From an uncultured Granulosicoccaceae bacterium (GTDB lineage Bacteria > Pseudomonadota > Gammaproteobacteria > Granulosicoccales > Granulosicoccaceae): a stretch of 64,000 nt of DNA. Numbering within the stretch: the first letter of the stretch is position 1; every line of letters begins with the position of its first letter. The translations under genes were made by a program, and so were the position numbers. The DNA is taken from positions 158,225-222,224 of the forward strand of contig CAYMHU010000001.1 of the NCBI GenBank assembly GCA_964390335.1, given 5' to 3'. Shown here piece after piece: positions 48,734 to 59,020 of the stretch. Under the pieces are notes generated by a model. The model had not been told where the DNA came from, did no database searches, and was given only the letters and a program-made list of their open reading frames with translations.

Positions 48734-49693
48734 TTAAAATAGATTCGTTAATGCAACCCCGAATCCAATTCGATGTTGGAACCGGTCATAGTCTATTAAT
48801 GAATCACCATAGCCATTAAAGTACTGCACCATACCGCGAAACTTCCCGTGCAACGGAAACGTTAGCGTGGTATCCAGCGAGCCCTTACCCGTTGTTGTGT
48901 TGCCTCTCAGAATGCTCTGTACTTCAACATTCCTGTGCCGCCAACCCAACGACAGCTCAGCGTAGCCCAAATAGTTCAGAATATCCGGATTATCGTCTCC
49001 TTCTGCAGCATCAGGTGACACTTTTTCTTCCTCCGGCAATCTATACCACGGCCTTACTGAAGCTACGAAGGAACCACGCTCATAGATCAATGTAGCGTAT
49101 AAGCGATTCCAACTTCTTGAGAGCGCGGCTAACTGCCCGTTAGATTGATGCTCTAAGCCGAACATAAACACGGTTTTGCCACCAAACGGGCCCCAAACCA
49201 AAGGCGTTACATAAAATATTTCGGGCTGATAGTTAGTTTCACGAAATGGGCTGGATAATTCTGAGTTGTACAGTTGCCACCATGATTCAATGGTTATGCC
49301 CAGGTACACTGCATCGCCAGCGAACAGCAAGGATTTTTCATTCATCTGGGTTTTTAAACTGATCTGGAAATTAACCTCGAACGGTTTATAACTACCGTCT
49401 TCAGCACCGCCTTCACGCTCGTAGGCATCTTCGTTGATATTAGAGGTGTAGCTGAGCGGTAGAAAAAAATTGTGTTTGTGTGCAGTAATCACGTACGGAT
49501 TAAACGCATCCTCCCGCTCCGCCCTTACCCGTTCGCTGACAACGCCAGCCGCATCCTCTTTTTCAGCCGATGCCTCGCCATCAAGATCGACCGGCGATTC
49601 TTTGGCGACTGCTGACAAAGGTGAGCCAATGCACAAAAACATAAGGCACACGCGTAAGACCTGCGATGCAAACACGACGGATAAGCGAAACAT
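48734..49693 (-). CDS. pldA: Outer membrane phospholipase A1
   Basis: FQISLK, SSPFRETNYQPE, EHQSNG..SRSWNR, NGYGDSLIDY. Confidence 0.92.
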   Translation of the reverse strand: MFRLSVVFASQVLRVCLMFLCIGSPLSAVAKESPVDLDGEASAEKEDAAGVVSERVRAEREDAFNPYVITAHKHNFFLPLSYTSNINEDAYEREGGAEDGSYKPFEVNFQISLKTQMNEKSLLFAGDAVYLGITIESWWQLYNSELSSPFRETNYQPEIFYVTPLVWGPFGGKTVFMFGLEHQSNGQLAALSRSWNRLYATLIYERGSFVASVRPWYRLPEEEKVSPDAAEGDDNPDILNYLGYAELSLGWRHRNVEVQSILRGNTTTGKGSLDTTLTFPLHGKFRGMVQYFNGYGDSLIDYDRFQHRIGFGVALTNLF

Positions 49694-49742
49694 GGAAACT
49701 AAGACTGATGGCGGGTGCCCATTCTAATGTATGCAGCAGCAA

Positions 49743-51038
49743 TTACAACGACGGGAAAGGTAATAGTTGCATGGTCCCCATGACACTTGGATAACGCCAG
49801 GTTTGATCTGATTCGTCTTTGGTTTGACCCTCGGTTGCCGAAGGTGAAAACCAAGCCCATTTCGCATCGCGGTTACCACCATCGTCGTCTTGATCTATCT
49901 GAATTTCAAAGCCGAATGTTTGACCAACCGGAATGCCGGCTTCTTCAAGATTAATTTTAATTTCCCAGCCGATGCGCTCGCCCGGAGCTGCGCACAGACA
50001 GGTAGCAAATTCGACGTTGGCAACATCGAAGGGTACTTCGGCTTTCACGTTAGCACCGCGCTGAATTCGTGTATTGGCCGCCCCGCTCTCATTGGGCGTT
50101 CCATCGTCGCGCAACAACGGGATAAGCAGCTGCATATCGTCAACGGTATCGTATCCGTTGGACCGGCTCAGGTCGCCATCCCAGAAAATCTCTAGTGTGT
50201 CGTCGTTAAAATACTGTTCACCTGAGTCACCATGATTCGGGCTTAAGCCAGGCTTTGCCAACACATAGATTGTTAAAAATTCTTCGTCATGAATAGCCAG
50301 CCATTGATACTGCGTACTGCCATCCACATAGTCACCAACTTCATCGACAATCAAATTTCTAATGAGCAGCGTTTCATTATTGATATTATTGCCCTGCGCG
50401 TTGTTCCAGTAGGCCGAGTTATATAAACCATCAATGACATTGTCGGTACGACTGGTTGCAGGTACTTTAACTTGCGCTTGCTCACCGCCGGACACACTTG
50501 GACTGTTTGCATCGCGCGGGTTTGTATCCTGATTGCGTTCAATCAAATTAGCTATTGAATCGCCGTCTGCATCAAATTCAAGTGGATCGGGACTGCTTGC
50601 ATCGCTACTGGTGACGTAGCTATCGTCATCGAGCACAAAAGACACGTTGGTCGATACCACATCCAAACCATCAACAGCTCGCGCCAATAATAACGACTGA
50701 TTTTCAAATTGCTCATACCACTCAACTTTTAATGAAACCGCGCTACCTTCAGCAACCGTGGTTGAACCCACCCAATTGCTGCCTGATTTAGTTACCTCGA
50801 TAGTTGTCCCGTTAATTTCAACAATCGGTTGCAAGGTGTTTATATCGAGTGCTGCTCGCTCGCTAATAAAGCCTGGTGCGCTCAGCGATAATTTTGTGCT
50901 GCCATCAACATGATGTTGCACACTTGATTGATTTTCAGAACAACCTATCAGCAGCAGTGCAACTACCGCTAATCCGCAAAGCGCACCGGCTTTAGCCGAT
51001 TCTTTGGCCAAATTATGTAAACGCCTAATGATCATCAT
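49743..51038 (-). CDS. Lipoprotein with TSP3-like motif and CBM9/DOMON-like sugar-binding domain
   Basis: Lipobox LIGC; FDADGDSIANLIE; DDTLEIFWDGD, WEIKI, FGFEIQIDQDDDGG. Confidence 0.7.
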   Translation of the reverse strand: MMIIRRLHNLAKESAKAGALCGLAVVALLLIGCSENQSSVQHHVDGSTKLSLSAPGFISERAALDINTLQPIVEINGTTIEVTKSGSNWVGSTTVAEGSAVSLKVEWYEQFENQSLLLARAVDGLDVVSTNVSFVLDDDSYVTSSDASSPDPLEFDADGDSIANLIERNQDTNPRDANSPSVSGGEQAQVKVPATSRTDNVIDGLYNSAYWNNAQGNNINNETLLIRNLIVDEVGDYVDGSTQYQWLAIHDEEFLTIYVLAKPGLSPNHGDSGEQYFNDDTLEIFWDGDLSRSNGYDTVDDMQLLIPLLRDDGTPNESGAANTRIQRGANVKAEVPFDVANVEFATCLCAAPGERIGWEIKINLEEAGIPVGQTFGFEIQIDQDDDGGNRDAKWAWFSPSATEGQTKDESDQTWRYPSVMGTMQLLPFPSL

Positions 51039-51679
51039 GGCGCTCCAACTGTAACGGTCACGGTACATTGACCATCCGGGCATCCGCCGTCGGTTGAGCT
51101 GGACGCACCGGCCAACCCAGCCACTAAACCCGCCGCCAGCACACCGAGAACCACATACAGCACTTTTCTTGTGCCGCTGGTTGTTGTTGTCGCTGCTGCA
51201 GTTTGCTCAGGTGACGCTACCGGCGCCGTCAAACTAGGCTCGGTCACTTTAATGACCCTTAGCAACGGATTAAAAGCGTATCCACGAACCGTGCGATTGC
51301 CGGATTTATCACGCGCCTGAATGTAGTACTCAATGTTGCGATCGCTGGCAGGGTTCGTAGGAATATGGGCGATAAAAGTCGACGAAAAGGACACTCGATT
51401 CATGAGCGCCGTACTATAGGTTGGATCGTTATCAAAGCGATAAAACAGCGTGACGCTATCCAGCTCGTCATCATCGACCACAGTCGCAAAAAACGACTGG
51501 CGGGTATCGGCTTCAACTTCACTAATGGTTTGATGCTCAATAAGCGGTGGCTCGACATCAATAAAACTATCGCCATTTTGCAGGCTTTGCGCATTTGCCG
51601 TTGATACACCCAGCAAGGTTTGCGACAGCGCAAACCAACAAACAAATCCCGCCCTGAAAAGCTTGCTGATAAAAATCAC
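51035..51679 (-). CDS. Exported protein with C-terminal membrane anchor
   Basis: Signal peptide, PPLIEH..IEYYIQARD Ig-like segment, C-terminal TM; GGAGG RBS. Confidence 0.6.
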   Translation of the reverse strand: MIFISKLFRAGFVCWFALSQTLLGVSTANAQSLQNGDSFIDVEPPLIEHQTISEVEADTRQSFFATVVDDDELDSVTLFYRFDNDPTYSTALMNRVSFSSTFIAHIPTNPASDRNIEYYIQARDKSGNRTVRGYAFNPLLRVIKVTEPSLTAPVASPEQTAAATTTTSGTRKVLYVVLGVLAAGLVAGLAGASSSTDGGCPDGQCTVTVTVGAP

Positions 51680-52035
51680 GCTAGCCCTCCTCGGCCACTA
51701 TTACTGAATGCGCATACATAAAGTGTGATTCTGACTAAAAACACGACTGCTTCCAAGTAAAAACCGCCAACCGGTAATAATACCGTCGAAATTTGGCCAA
51801 TCTGGCTCTGCCTGCCCGGCCGAGACACTTGCCACTGCCCGATGGCGACAAACGTACATAGTACGCTAACTGACACCGATTCCGAGATTACCCGACCGCA
51901 GCCTACTCAAAATGACACGTAAAATAGTTGGTAAGCGCCAAGAATTTGCGGTTTTTTGCGTGTATTTCCCCTACCATATTGCCTTCAGACCACAGTGTTA
52001 CACTTCTGATCGACTTAGACTTCGGACTGCATTTC

Positions 52036-52593
52036 GTGAACCGGTACAAAAAATACTTACCCATTGCTGCCCTGGTACTTATCGCACTGGGTGGCGGCTT
52101 TGAAAAGCTCGGTATTGACCTGCAAAAATACCTTGACGGAAGCTCTTCGGGCCAAACCACTCAGAATGAGGAAGCGACTCCGCAGTCTCATCAAAAATGG
52201 TCCAGCACCAATCCTGAAATTAACCTGTGGCACATATTTGAGGGTGAGATAAACCGTAGCGGTAAACCCGTCGGGTATCATTCCCGCCCCGGTGGAATCG
52301 ATGCGCCAAACGCGCGCATTGTATCCATGAAGGATGGCCCTAACCGCCTTGGAGTGTATACCGCCACCATCGAGATTCGCGATGGTAATCAATGGAAATC
52401 AAAATTTTCCTCGTTTTTCCCGGACAGCATGTCGAGCGCCGAAGTTGTCGATGCCGTGTTAACAGCCTATAAAAACAGTGACAACCCGAAGAAGCAACCT
52501 TGGCAAGGCCCATCCGGTTTAGGTTTTAATATCCAAGGATATACAACTTCACGCGGCGGCATCAACACGGCTTTTCCTGTTTACCGGCGTTGA
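52036..52593 (+). CDS. Bacterial EndoU nuclease domain protein with N-terminal signal/TM
   Basis: HIFEGE...GYHS...SSFFP...INTAFP; KKY plus hydrophobic N-terminus; GTG start inferred. Confidence 0.75.
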   Translation: MNRYKKYLPIAALVLIALGGGFEKLGIDLQKYLDGSSSGQTTQNEEATPQSHQKWSSTNPEINLWHIFEGEINRSGKPVGYHSRPGGIDAPNARIVSMKDGPNRLGVYTATIEIRDGNQWKSKFSSFFPDSMSSAEVVDAVLTAYKNSDNPKKQPWQGPSGLGFNIQGYTTSRGGINTAFPVYRR

Positions 52594-52914
52594 ACATGTA
52601 AACAATCGCAACACGCACACATTATCAAGCAGCGCGTGTAACAGTGCGTCACAATTCAATTGTTACTAAAAACCCGGTTAATCGACAGGTAACTCGTAAC
52701 ACGTTAAGCAAAGCTTGTTATGAATCAACTTGTTAGCTGAGTGTATTGCAATGGTTATTTCGAATTGTAAATTTAAAAGCGGCTGAACCGTATTTATTTA
52801 ATAAAAAAAACGCTATACCGCAACTAACCGGTTACCCATTTAGTTGGTTGATGCTTGGTATTCGAGTTGCTAATTTCCGTGCATCGCTTAAACAGCGCGC
52901 TAGTTGTAGGTTGT

Positions 52915-54051
52915 ATGCAAACTATCATCTCTAAAAGCACATTTAACCGTAATCAATCCATTGATTCCGGTTCATTAGCCGAAGCAACGCAGAACAGATA
53001 TTCAATGGCATTGTTCAGCGAACCCGGAAGCCATGCTCGACATCAGCTCTCTAATAGCTTCGATGTTCGGCTGGTGTCATTGCATACGCCAATTCATCAT
53101 TTCGATTGCTGCTTGATCGATTGCCGTGGTCAACAACTCACTGAGCCCGCTTTAACAAACGTTGATAATTTTACCGGCGTGAAATTCGTACTAATAGATG
53201 AATTCACCATTATCTCAAACGCAAGGCAAGCCATCTCAGGTCATTATCAACTGATCACAGAAAATGAGTTCGATTCCCCAGCACTAATGGCGCGTGTCTC
53301 TGCCCATGCCTTACTAGACAATCGCTTTGACGTAACAGCCGTTACAGCCAAAACAGGTGGTTCTGCACAAGACGACACCACTGAAAGCGATAAACTTTCT
53401 GCTGCGAGCCATGATATTCGCCAACCCTTACAAGCAATCAGCCTGTTTATACACTCATTAGAATCCAAGTTAAACAATGAACAGCAACACAGCATACTGA
53501 GCAAGCTGAAGCAGTCAACCACTTCCTTACACAACTCACTGGATGACATGCTTGGCTTAATAAAAGCTAGCGCACCAAAACTGGATAAAAGCAGCGTTAA
53601 TGAACCTGCAACTATCAACAACCGGATTGTACAGTTACACCACGCGGACTCAGCAAATAAACCATTGCAGAATTACACAGTAATGGTGTTAGACAACAAC
53701 GAGGAAATCGTCGCTGCGTTGGAAACAAACTTACAAGATGCCGGGATGCACGTTTATCCCGCAACTAACTTAGATGAGGCGTGTGAAATAATAAACGAGA
53801 TCGATCAACTGCCCGACATGCTACTAGTTGATTTTAACCTTGATGACAATTGCACAGGTGACGATGCAATTCAAATGATCTGCAATACCGCGAAAAAAGT
53901 CATTCCCTCTATTGTGATTACCAGTGAAACCTGTACAACCAAATTACACCGAGCACAAGAGATAGCAACCGCCGTGCTACGCAAACCAGTACAAGCTGAT
54001 CACTTGCTAGCAACCATCAATCACTATATTGATGACACAGCAAGCTGTTAA
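52915..54051 (+). CDS. HisKA-REC signalling protein lacking HATPase domain
   Basis: H-box ASHDIRQPLQAI; C-terminal REC (VLDN..LLVDFNL..ITS..KP); no N/G1/F/G2 boxes in between. Confidence 0.7.
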   Translation: MQTIISKSTFNRNQSIDSGSLAEATQNRYSMALFSEPGSHARHQLSNSFDVRLVSLHTPIHHFDCCLIDCRGQQLTEPALTNVDNFTGVKFVLIDEFTIISNARQAISGHYQLITENEFDSPALMARVSAHALLDNRFDVTAVTAKTGGSAQDDTTESDKLSAASHDIRQPLQAISLFIHSLESKLNNEQQHSILSKLKQSTTSLHNSLDDMLGLIKASAPKLDKSSVNEPATINNRIVQLHHADSANKPLQNYTVMVLDNNEEIVAALETNLQDAGMHVYPATNLDEACEIINEIDQLPDMLLVDFNLDDNCTGDDAIQMICNTAKKVIPSIVITSETCTTKLHRAQEIATAVLRKPVQADHLLATINHYIDDTASC

Positions 54052-54076
54052 TTGACAGCGTACATAGCACTAGAAC

Positions 54077-55147
54077 TTAAACTACGCCTTGATGCGTTAT
54101 CGGCGTCGATAGACTGATATTCGCATCAATACTGGCCTCCAGTATTTTCTGCCTAAACAATTGCCGGGTTTTTATTATTGAGAACTCATCCTTTGTGTAG
54201 TAGTGCACCGACCACTCAATGGCATGATCACCGGCATCTTGCAACCTGATTTCCGGCGGATGTTGAGATTCCACTGCTATCTCTTCATCTTCTACCGCCG
54301 CGGTAAACGCCACTTCAAACATTTTCTTAACTTGTTCTGGTGGGACGTCATAGCCAATTTTAAACCGCAACGTTTCGCGCAAGCCTCGCGCTGAGGCAAA
54401 GCGCGACAGATTATGCACTGTGCAGTCTCTGATCTTGGAGTTGCGCATCATGATTCGGTGGTTATCAACTAAATTCAGTAGCTCAGTATGAAACGCAAGT
54501 GTACGGTATACGATTGCGATCAAATCTTCACCGCCATCTGACACTTTGATTACATCTCGCTCTTTAAACATTTTACTGTTCAGAATAACCAGCCCGCTAA
54601 TAATATCGGGAGCCCATGCACTTTGCGTCAATGCTAAAAAGACACCGATAAAGCCGATAACCCCGCCGGCTTCCAAAAGACTATTAAATCCCGCAACCCG
54701 AATAATGGAGATCATTGCCATTACGGCTATAAAGACACTGATAAAAATTGACAAAGCACGTGAAGCATAGGTATCAGCAATTCGAGTACCCGAACCACTG
54801 TGCTGAACCAGGCGACCAAAATGGATCCGGATAAACCGACCGATAAGATGAACAGCAAGATAAGATAAATAGATGATAACCAGTACAGATAACAGCTTTA
54901 TGCCAACACCCTGGCCCGATTGCCCGTCGCCATAGAATAAAATATACCCAAGCAAGGACAACAACAATACGTTAAGACCGCGAATTACATTGACTCTGAA
55001 ATCGATCGTATTCTCAGGGGTTTCTTTGTTGGAGACATGGCTAACAATTGCGGGAGCAAACACAATCAACACCAAATTAACAACAAGCAAGCCATAGAAC
55101 AACATCGGATTTTGCGAGATGTATTGGCTTATCTGCTGTATCAGCAT
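54077..55147 (-). CDS. Small-conductance mechanosensitive channel (MscS family)
   Basis: TM helices, LLEAGGVIG..ALT..DIISG, FKIGYDV. Confidence 0.8.
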   Translation of the reverse strand: MLIQQISQYISQNPMLFYGLLVVNLVLIVFAPAIVSHVSNKETPENTIDFRVNVIRGLNVLLLSLLGYILFYGDGQSGQGVGIKLLSVLVIIYLSYLAVHLIGRFIRIHFGRLVQHSGSGTRIADTYASRALSIFISVFIAVMAMISIIRVAGFNSLLEAGGVIGFIGVFLALTQSAWAPDIISGLVILNSKMFKERDVIKVSDGGEDLIAIVYRTLAFHTELLNLVDNHRIMMRNSKIRDCTVHNLSRFASARGLRETLRFKIGYDVPPEQVKKMFEVAFTAAVEDEEIAVESQHPPEIRLQDAGDHAIEWSVHYYTKDEFSIIKTRQLFRQKILEASIDANISLSTPITHQGVV

Positions 55148-55181
55148 TGTAGAAGTCCTGTCTTGACTCGAACGGTATCGA

Positions 55182-57068
55182 TCACGGTATTGACCCAGTG
55201 CGCCATTTATTAAAATAGTGACGCGAATCCAGCATGGGTATAAAGCCTAGCTGATACCTAAACTGTCGACCACTGATTAAATGCGGTTCAATGAAAAATT
55301 CCACGGATGCGTTTGCTCCATCACGCTTTAATCGTCCGCTTAATATTGGACTCACCACAGACGCAAGCTGGGTTTCGCTTTTAATTTTAATATAGTAGAT
55401 CTCTTGTAGCTGCCCGGATTCGTCAGGGATAATATCAGCTCTAATCTTTATTGCAGCAGAATCGCTTGCCTGGGAAATCGCTACGTTTTCGAATTCCGGG
55501 AAAGAACCCTGCGTACGATTATCGATTAGATCTTGCATGATTTGACGCCAGCGATTATTCACCAGTGCCAATTCGCAATCTATATATTGCAAGTGTGATC
55601 GCCAGAATGCCACACCTGATAAGTTTGGTGGCGCATTATCTCTACCGATAGCACGTAAAAAATTCCCCAGAGACTCAACGCCGCAAGCGTCAGCCATTGC
55701 GTGAACCCAGATATCACCAATACCGTATAACAACTCACCGTCATACAGCGTATCGAATATGGTTCGATTGGCCATTTCGGCAAACTTAATATTTTGACGC
55801 TGCCAGGCAAGCGATGAAACCAGCCAGTTGGAGTCTCTGGATACATCATCCGATACAATTGAAAACGACACATACTGCGCCATACCTTCAATGAAAAATC
55901 CAGTGCTGTTGGCGAACTCTCCAAGCTTTCGATTCGATTCTGTAGATTGCAAAACATGCGCAGTCTCATGAGACAATACACGCCTGTATAGAGGATCAAC
56001 ATCCAATGGTGTATTAAGCACCATTCGAATTTTTTTCCAAGATGCCAGACCCAAAGCATGATCACTCTCCGATGTCATATCAGCTTGAATGCGTGGCAGT
56101 TCTGTAACGCCCAGCAGTTCAGCTAATGCAGCATAGTCTTGCTCCACAAACGGAATGAGCAAGTTCATGGCCTGTGTGTCTTCGGCGTTGTACGTAAAAG
56201 AATAGTGCTCGGTGTTTTCAGCCTGAATATTTCGAATACGCGCGTCTTTTGCAGTATTACCAACCATGACTGCCAAAACACCGATCACCAGCAGAAAACT
56301 AAATACGACGCCCAATATTGGTAATATTTTCGACGCTTTACTGGTTCCTGGTGCACGTGGTTTGGAATCAGTATTAGTCCATAGGAAATAACTAACAAAG
56401 TACAAGATGAACGCAACACACAAATGGAAGCCGATGACCGCCCAATTGAGTATTAATTGTTGGCCAGAATACTCGTTGTCGAAAAACCCCAACACATTGT
56501 AAATACCGGAGAATCCAAATTGATTTTCCAGCCAGATAAGCGCGATGAGATAAGCGCAATATATAAGCAATCCGACTGTTCGAAACCAGGATAAAAATAC
56601 ACCGTGCGATATGACGACCACGGCAAAAAGAACGTTACGCAACAACAGTGCAAAGTCCACCTGCCAATAACTTTTACCCGTTAAGGATTGCGTGTTTAGT
56701 GACAGCAAACCAGCTTGAATCATATGATCAAGACTAATAAGACCAAACAACATTACCCATGCGGCAAAAATCTTGGACCAAAATAGCTTGGGCAGTTTTA
56801 CCGGCAAACTGCGAAGAAAGTCTATTGTGGAATCATCATACTCACGTGGAAAAAGATTGTATGCAGCAATTAAAATAATGAGTATTGTGAAGAGCGCAAC
56901 ATCTGAATTGCTACCAACGCGACAATAATCATCACACCAGGAGCTATAACTTTCTTCATCTATTCTGTGGGTGGCGAGCTCGGTAATATAGTACAGCGCA
57001 CTTAACGCAAACCACAGAAAAGCGAACGGTACTAACTGCTTTAATTCTTTCAGAACGAGTTGAATCAT
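55182..57068 (-). CDS. ABC-2-type permease fused to gluzincin metallopeptidase (intact site)
   Basis: KELKQL..REYDDSTIDFLRSLPV TM domain; HETAH plus EGMAQY; ATGA overlap with upstream gene. Confidence 0.75.
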   Translation of the reverse strand: MIQLVLKELKQLVPFAFLWFALSALYYITELATHRIDEESYSSWCDDYCRVGSNSDVALFTILIILIAAYNLFPREYDDSTIDFLRSLPVKLPKLFWSKIFAAWVMLFGLISLDHMIQAGLLSLNTQSLTGKSYWQVDFALLLRNVLFAVVVISHGVFLSWFRTVGLLIYCAYLIALIWLENQFGFSGIYNVLGFFDNEYSGQQLILNWAVIGFHLCVAFILYFVSYFLWTNTDSKPRAPGTSKASKILPILGVVFSFLLVIGVLAVMVGNTAKDARIRNIQAENTEHYSFTYNAEDTQAMNLLIPFVEQDYAALAELLGVTELPRIQADMTSESDHALGLASWKKIRMVLNTPLDVDPLYRRVLSHETAHVLQSTESNRKLGEFANSTGFFIEGMAQYVSFSIVSDDVSRDSNWLVSSLAWQRQNIKFAEMANRTIFDTLYDGELLYGIGDIWVHAMADACGVESLGNFLRAIGRDNAPPNLSGVAFWRSHLQYIDCELALVNNRWRQIMQDLIDNRTQGSFPEFENVAISQASDSAAIKIRADIIPDESGQLQEIYYIKIKSETQLASVVSPILSGRLKRDGANASVEFFIEPHLISGRQFRYQLGFIPMLDSRHYFNKWRTGSIP

Positions 57069-58987
57069 TGCATTACAACCCGGCCTGCCCACAAAGGTAT
57101 GGGCCTGTGAAACTCATCGCTCTCAAGCTCAAGCACAACGTAGGCCCTTTCTCCAACGGCATACCCCGGCTCAACTAAATGAGCAACACCAGTGATCACA
57201 CAAGGGCGTCGATCGCGCACGCGCGAGTAAATTGATGTTTCTATATCGAACGCTGGTGTGGGTTGATGGCGCAGCACGCACTGACCATACTCGCCTGGCT
57301 TGTAATCCGCACCGGCTCTGTAACTACCTTCAAGCAATCTGACGCCTTTCTCATTAACGACACTTTTTACCTGTGCTTGCAAGTCGGGAATGGCGTTGAG
57401 TTTCGCAGCCACACTATCGATTCGCGCTGTATCTTCTAGCCAGATCAACCAAGTTTTGATAAATTCACGTAAAGGCCATCCAGTTAGCTTTTCGAATCGG
57501 GCCTCGTCGGATACAGCCAGGCGTTTAAAAGATTCGATGGATGTATTACCTACTTTTTCGTTCACATAGTCCGAAGCTAATCGAATCACCACGTCGAAAC
57601 CACGCTCTTGCTCCAGATATTTAATGGCTGAATAAGACAATGCATCAGCCATTTCAAAACCGAGTTCATCCGTCAACGTTTGCCACAGCAACAAAGGTGG
57701 TGTGCCTTTATCGTACCGCCGCGCAGCGTGCACAGCCAATGCCATGAGCTCCGCATTGTGCTCGATCTGTAGGTTTTCCGGCGTGCCCAAATTGGCAGAT
57801 TCAGTCCACCATCTTGATAACCCATCCAAAATCCAATGTCGGGTTTCAAAATCCATACGGCTGTTCGATAAACTCAGTAAGGAATGATGCATGGCTATAT
57901 AAGCAATACCCTTGTCTTCAAACGCGTCATAGTCCAGGTAATTTGCCGTAACCAACACCCCGCTAACTAAATCGGGCTCGATCTCGGTGTGTTCAAGCTC
58001 TGTATTCAATTCTATTCTGACAGTGGGTAATTGGGTTAAACCAAGATCGGTTTTAAACTTTCCAAGTACCGTTTTTAATAACGTAGCTATCTGCGTAGCA
58101 CGCGCCAGTTGCTCTGGCTCTAAATACATAACCGCAATGGGTGGATCATCAAATCGAACCACATTGCTTGTACCAAACTCGAACGTTTCTACATCCCATG
58201 TTTTGGCAAGAGTTTGATAAAGCGTAACGGATGCAAGCACAACCAGCACCAACACAGCGATATCCCGCTTTGAGATCGGTTTGCTGAGTTTTTCTACCAA
58301 AGAGCCCTCATTGACAAGCGCTAATACATAACCGGCAGCTACCAATAGCGCTGACAATAACCAGGTCTGAATTAGTTGACTCCACGGAATGATGTCGCGC
58401 TCAAACACAAACAGTTGCCGATCCATTAGCCCAATTGGAGCCAGCAGGGCTTGATCGAAGTTTGGCGAGTTGATCAAAAACAGTAAAAACATACCCAAGG
58501 CCACATAACAAATTATGCGAATGCGGCCGGTGATGCTGATGAAGAAAACCAAACTCCATAATAGTGTGGCTATGGTTAACGTTTTCGTTAATACCAATAA
58601 TAAAAAGCGATTGTCGAGACCTTCCGAGTTGCTGGATAGTAGAACGGCAATACCCAACACGGCAGCTGCGAGCGTATTTATAAAAATAAAACCAAGGATA
58701 TACTTTATGGTCAATGGCAATGCGTTGCCCACTGGAAGCGCTTCAACAAACTGTCGAGTGCCGCCAATATATTCTCTGACGATCAGTCTATTACCTACAA
58801 TAATGGCAATTAACGGAATAACTGACATCAAGGAAAATCGGACAGTTTCAATAACACTTAAATTGAACTCGCCGCTAACTTGCTGGGCAATTAAAATTAA
58901 AACAACCACCAGTAAGCCACAAGCCAGCATCACCAAAGCCAACGTGTGTTCACGTAATTCCTTGCCCAGTAAACTGATGACGCCCAT
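57065..58987 (-). CDS. ABC-2-type permease fused to degenerate peptidase-like domain
   Basis: KELREH..REYIGGTRQFVEALPV; HHSLL and WILDGLS at the positions of HExxH and EG. Confidence 0.7.
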   Translation of the reverse strand: MGVISLLGKELREHTLALVMLACGLLVVVLILIAQQVSGEFNLSVIETVRFSLMSVIPLIAIIVGNRLIVREYIGGTRQFVEALPVGNALPLTIKYILGFIFINTLAAAVLGIAVLLSSNSEGLDNRFLLLVLTKTLTIATLLWSLVFFISITGRIRIICYVALGMFLLFLINSPNFDQALLAPIGLMDRQLFVFERDIIPWSQLIQTWLLSALLVAAGYVLALVNEGSLVEKLSKPISKRDIAVLVLVVLASVTLYQTLAKTWDVETFEFGTSNVVRFDDPPIAVMYLEPEQLARATQIATLLKTVLGKFKTDLGLTQLPTVRIELNTELEHTEIEPDLVSGVLVTANYLDYDAFEDKGIAYIAMHHSLLSLSNSRMDFETRHWILDGLSRWWTESANLGTPENLQIEHNAELMALAVHAARRYDKGTPPLLLWQTLTDELGFEMADALSYSAIKYLEQERGFDVVIRLASDYVNEKVGNTSIESFKRLAVSDEARFEKLTGWPLREFIKTWLIWLEDTARIDSVAAKLNAIPDLQAQVKSVVNEKGVRLLEGSYRAGADYKPGEYGQCVLRHQPTPAFDIETSIYSRVRDRRPCVITGVAHLVEPGYAVGERAYVVLELESDEFHRPIPLWAGRVVMQ

Positions 58988-59020
58988 GCTTAATTATTGT
59001 CTTTTGGGAGTAATAAATAC

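Noticed and set aside
51676-51876. 66-aa ORF apparently coupled to the downstream gene
   Set aside because: No family signal; the downstream gene has its own GGAGG RBS, so the GTGA overlap is likely coincidental.
52655-52740. Repeated TGTTA/GTAAC motifs upstream of the HisKA-REC gene
   Set aside because: Irregular spacing in AT-rich DNA; cannot be distinguished from chance.
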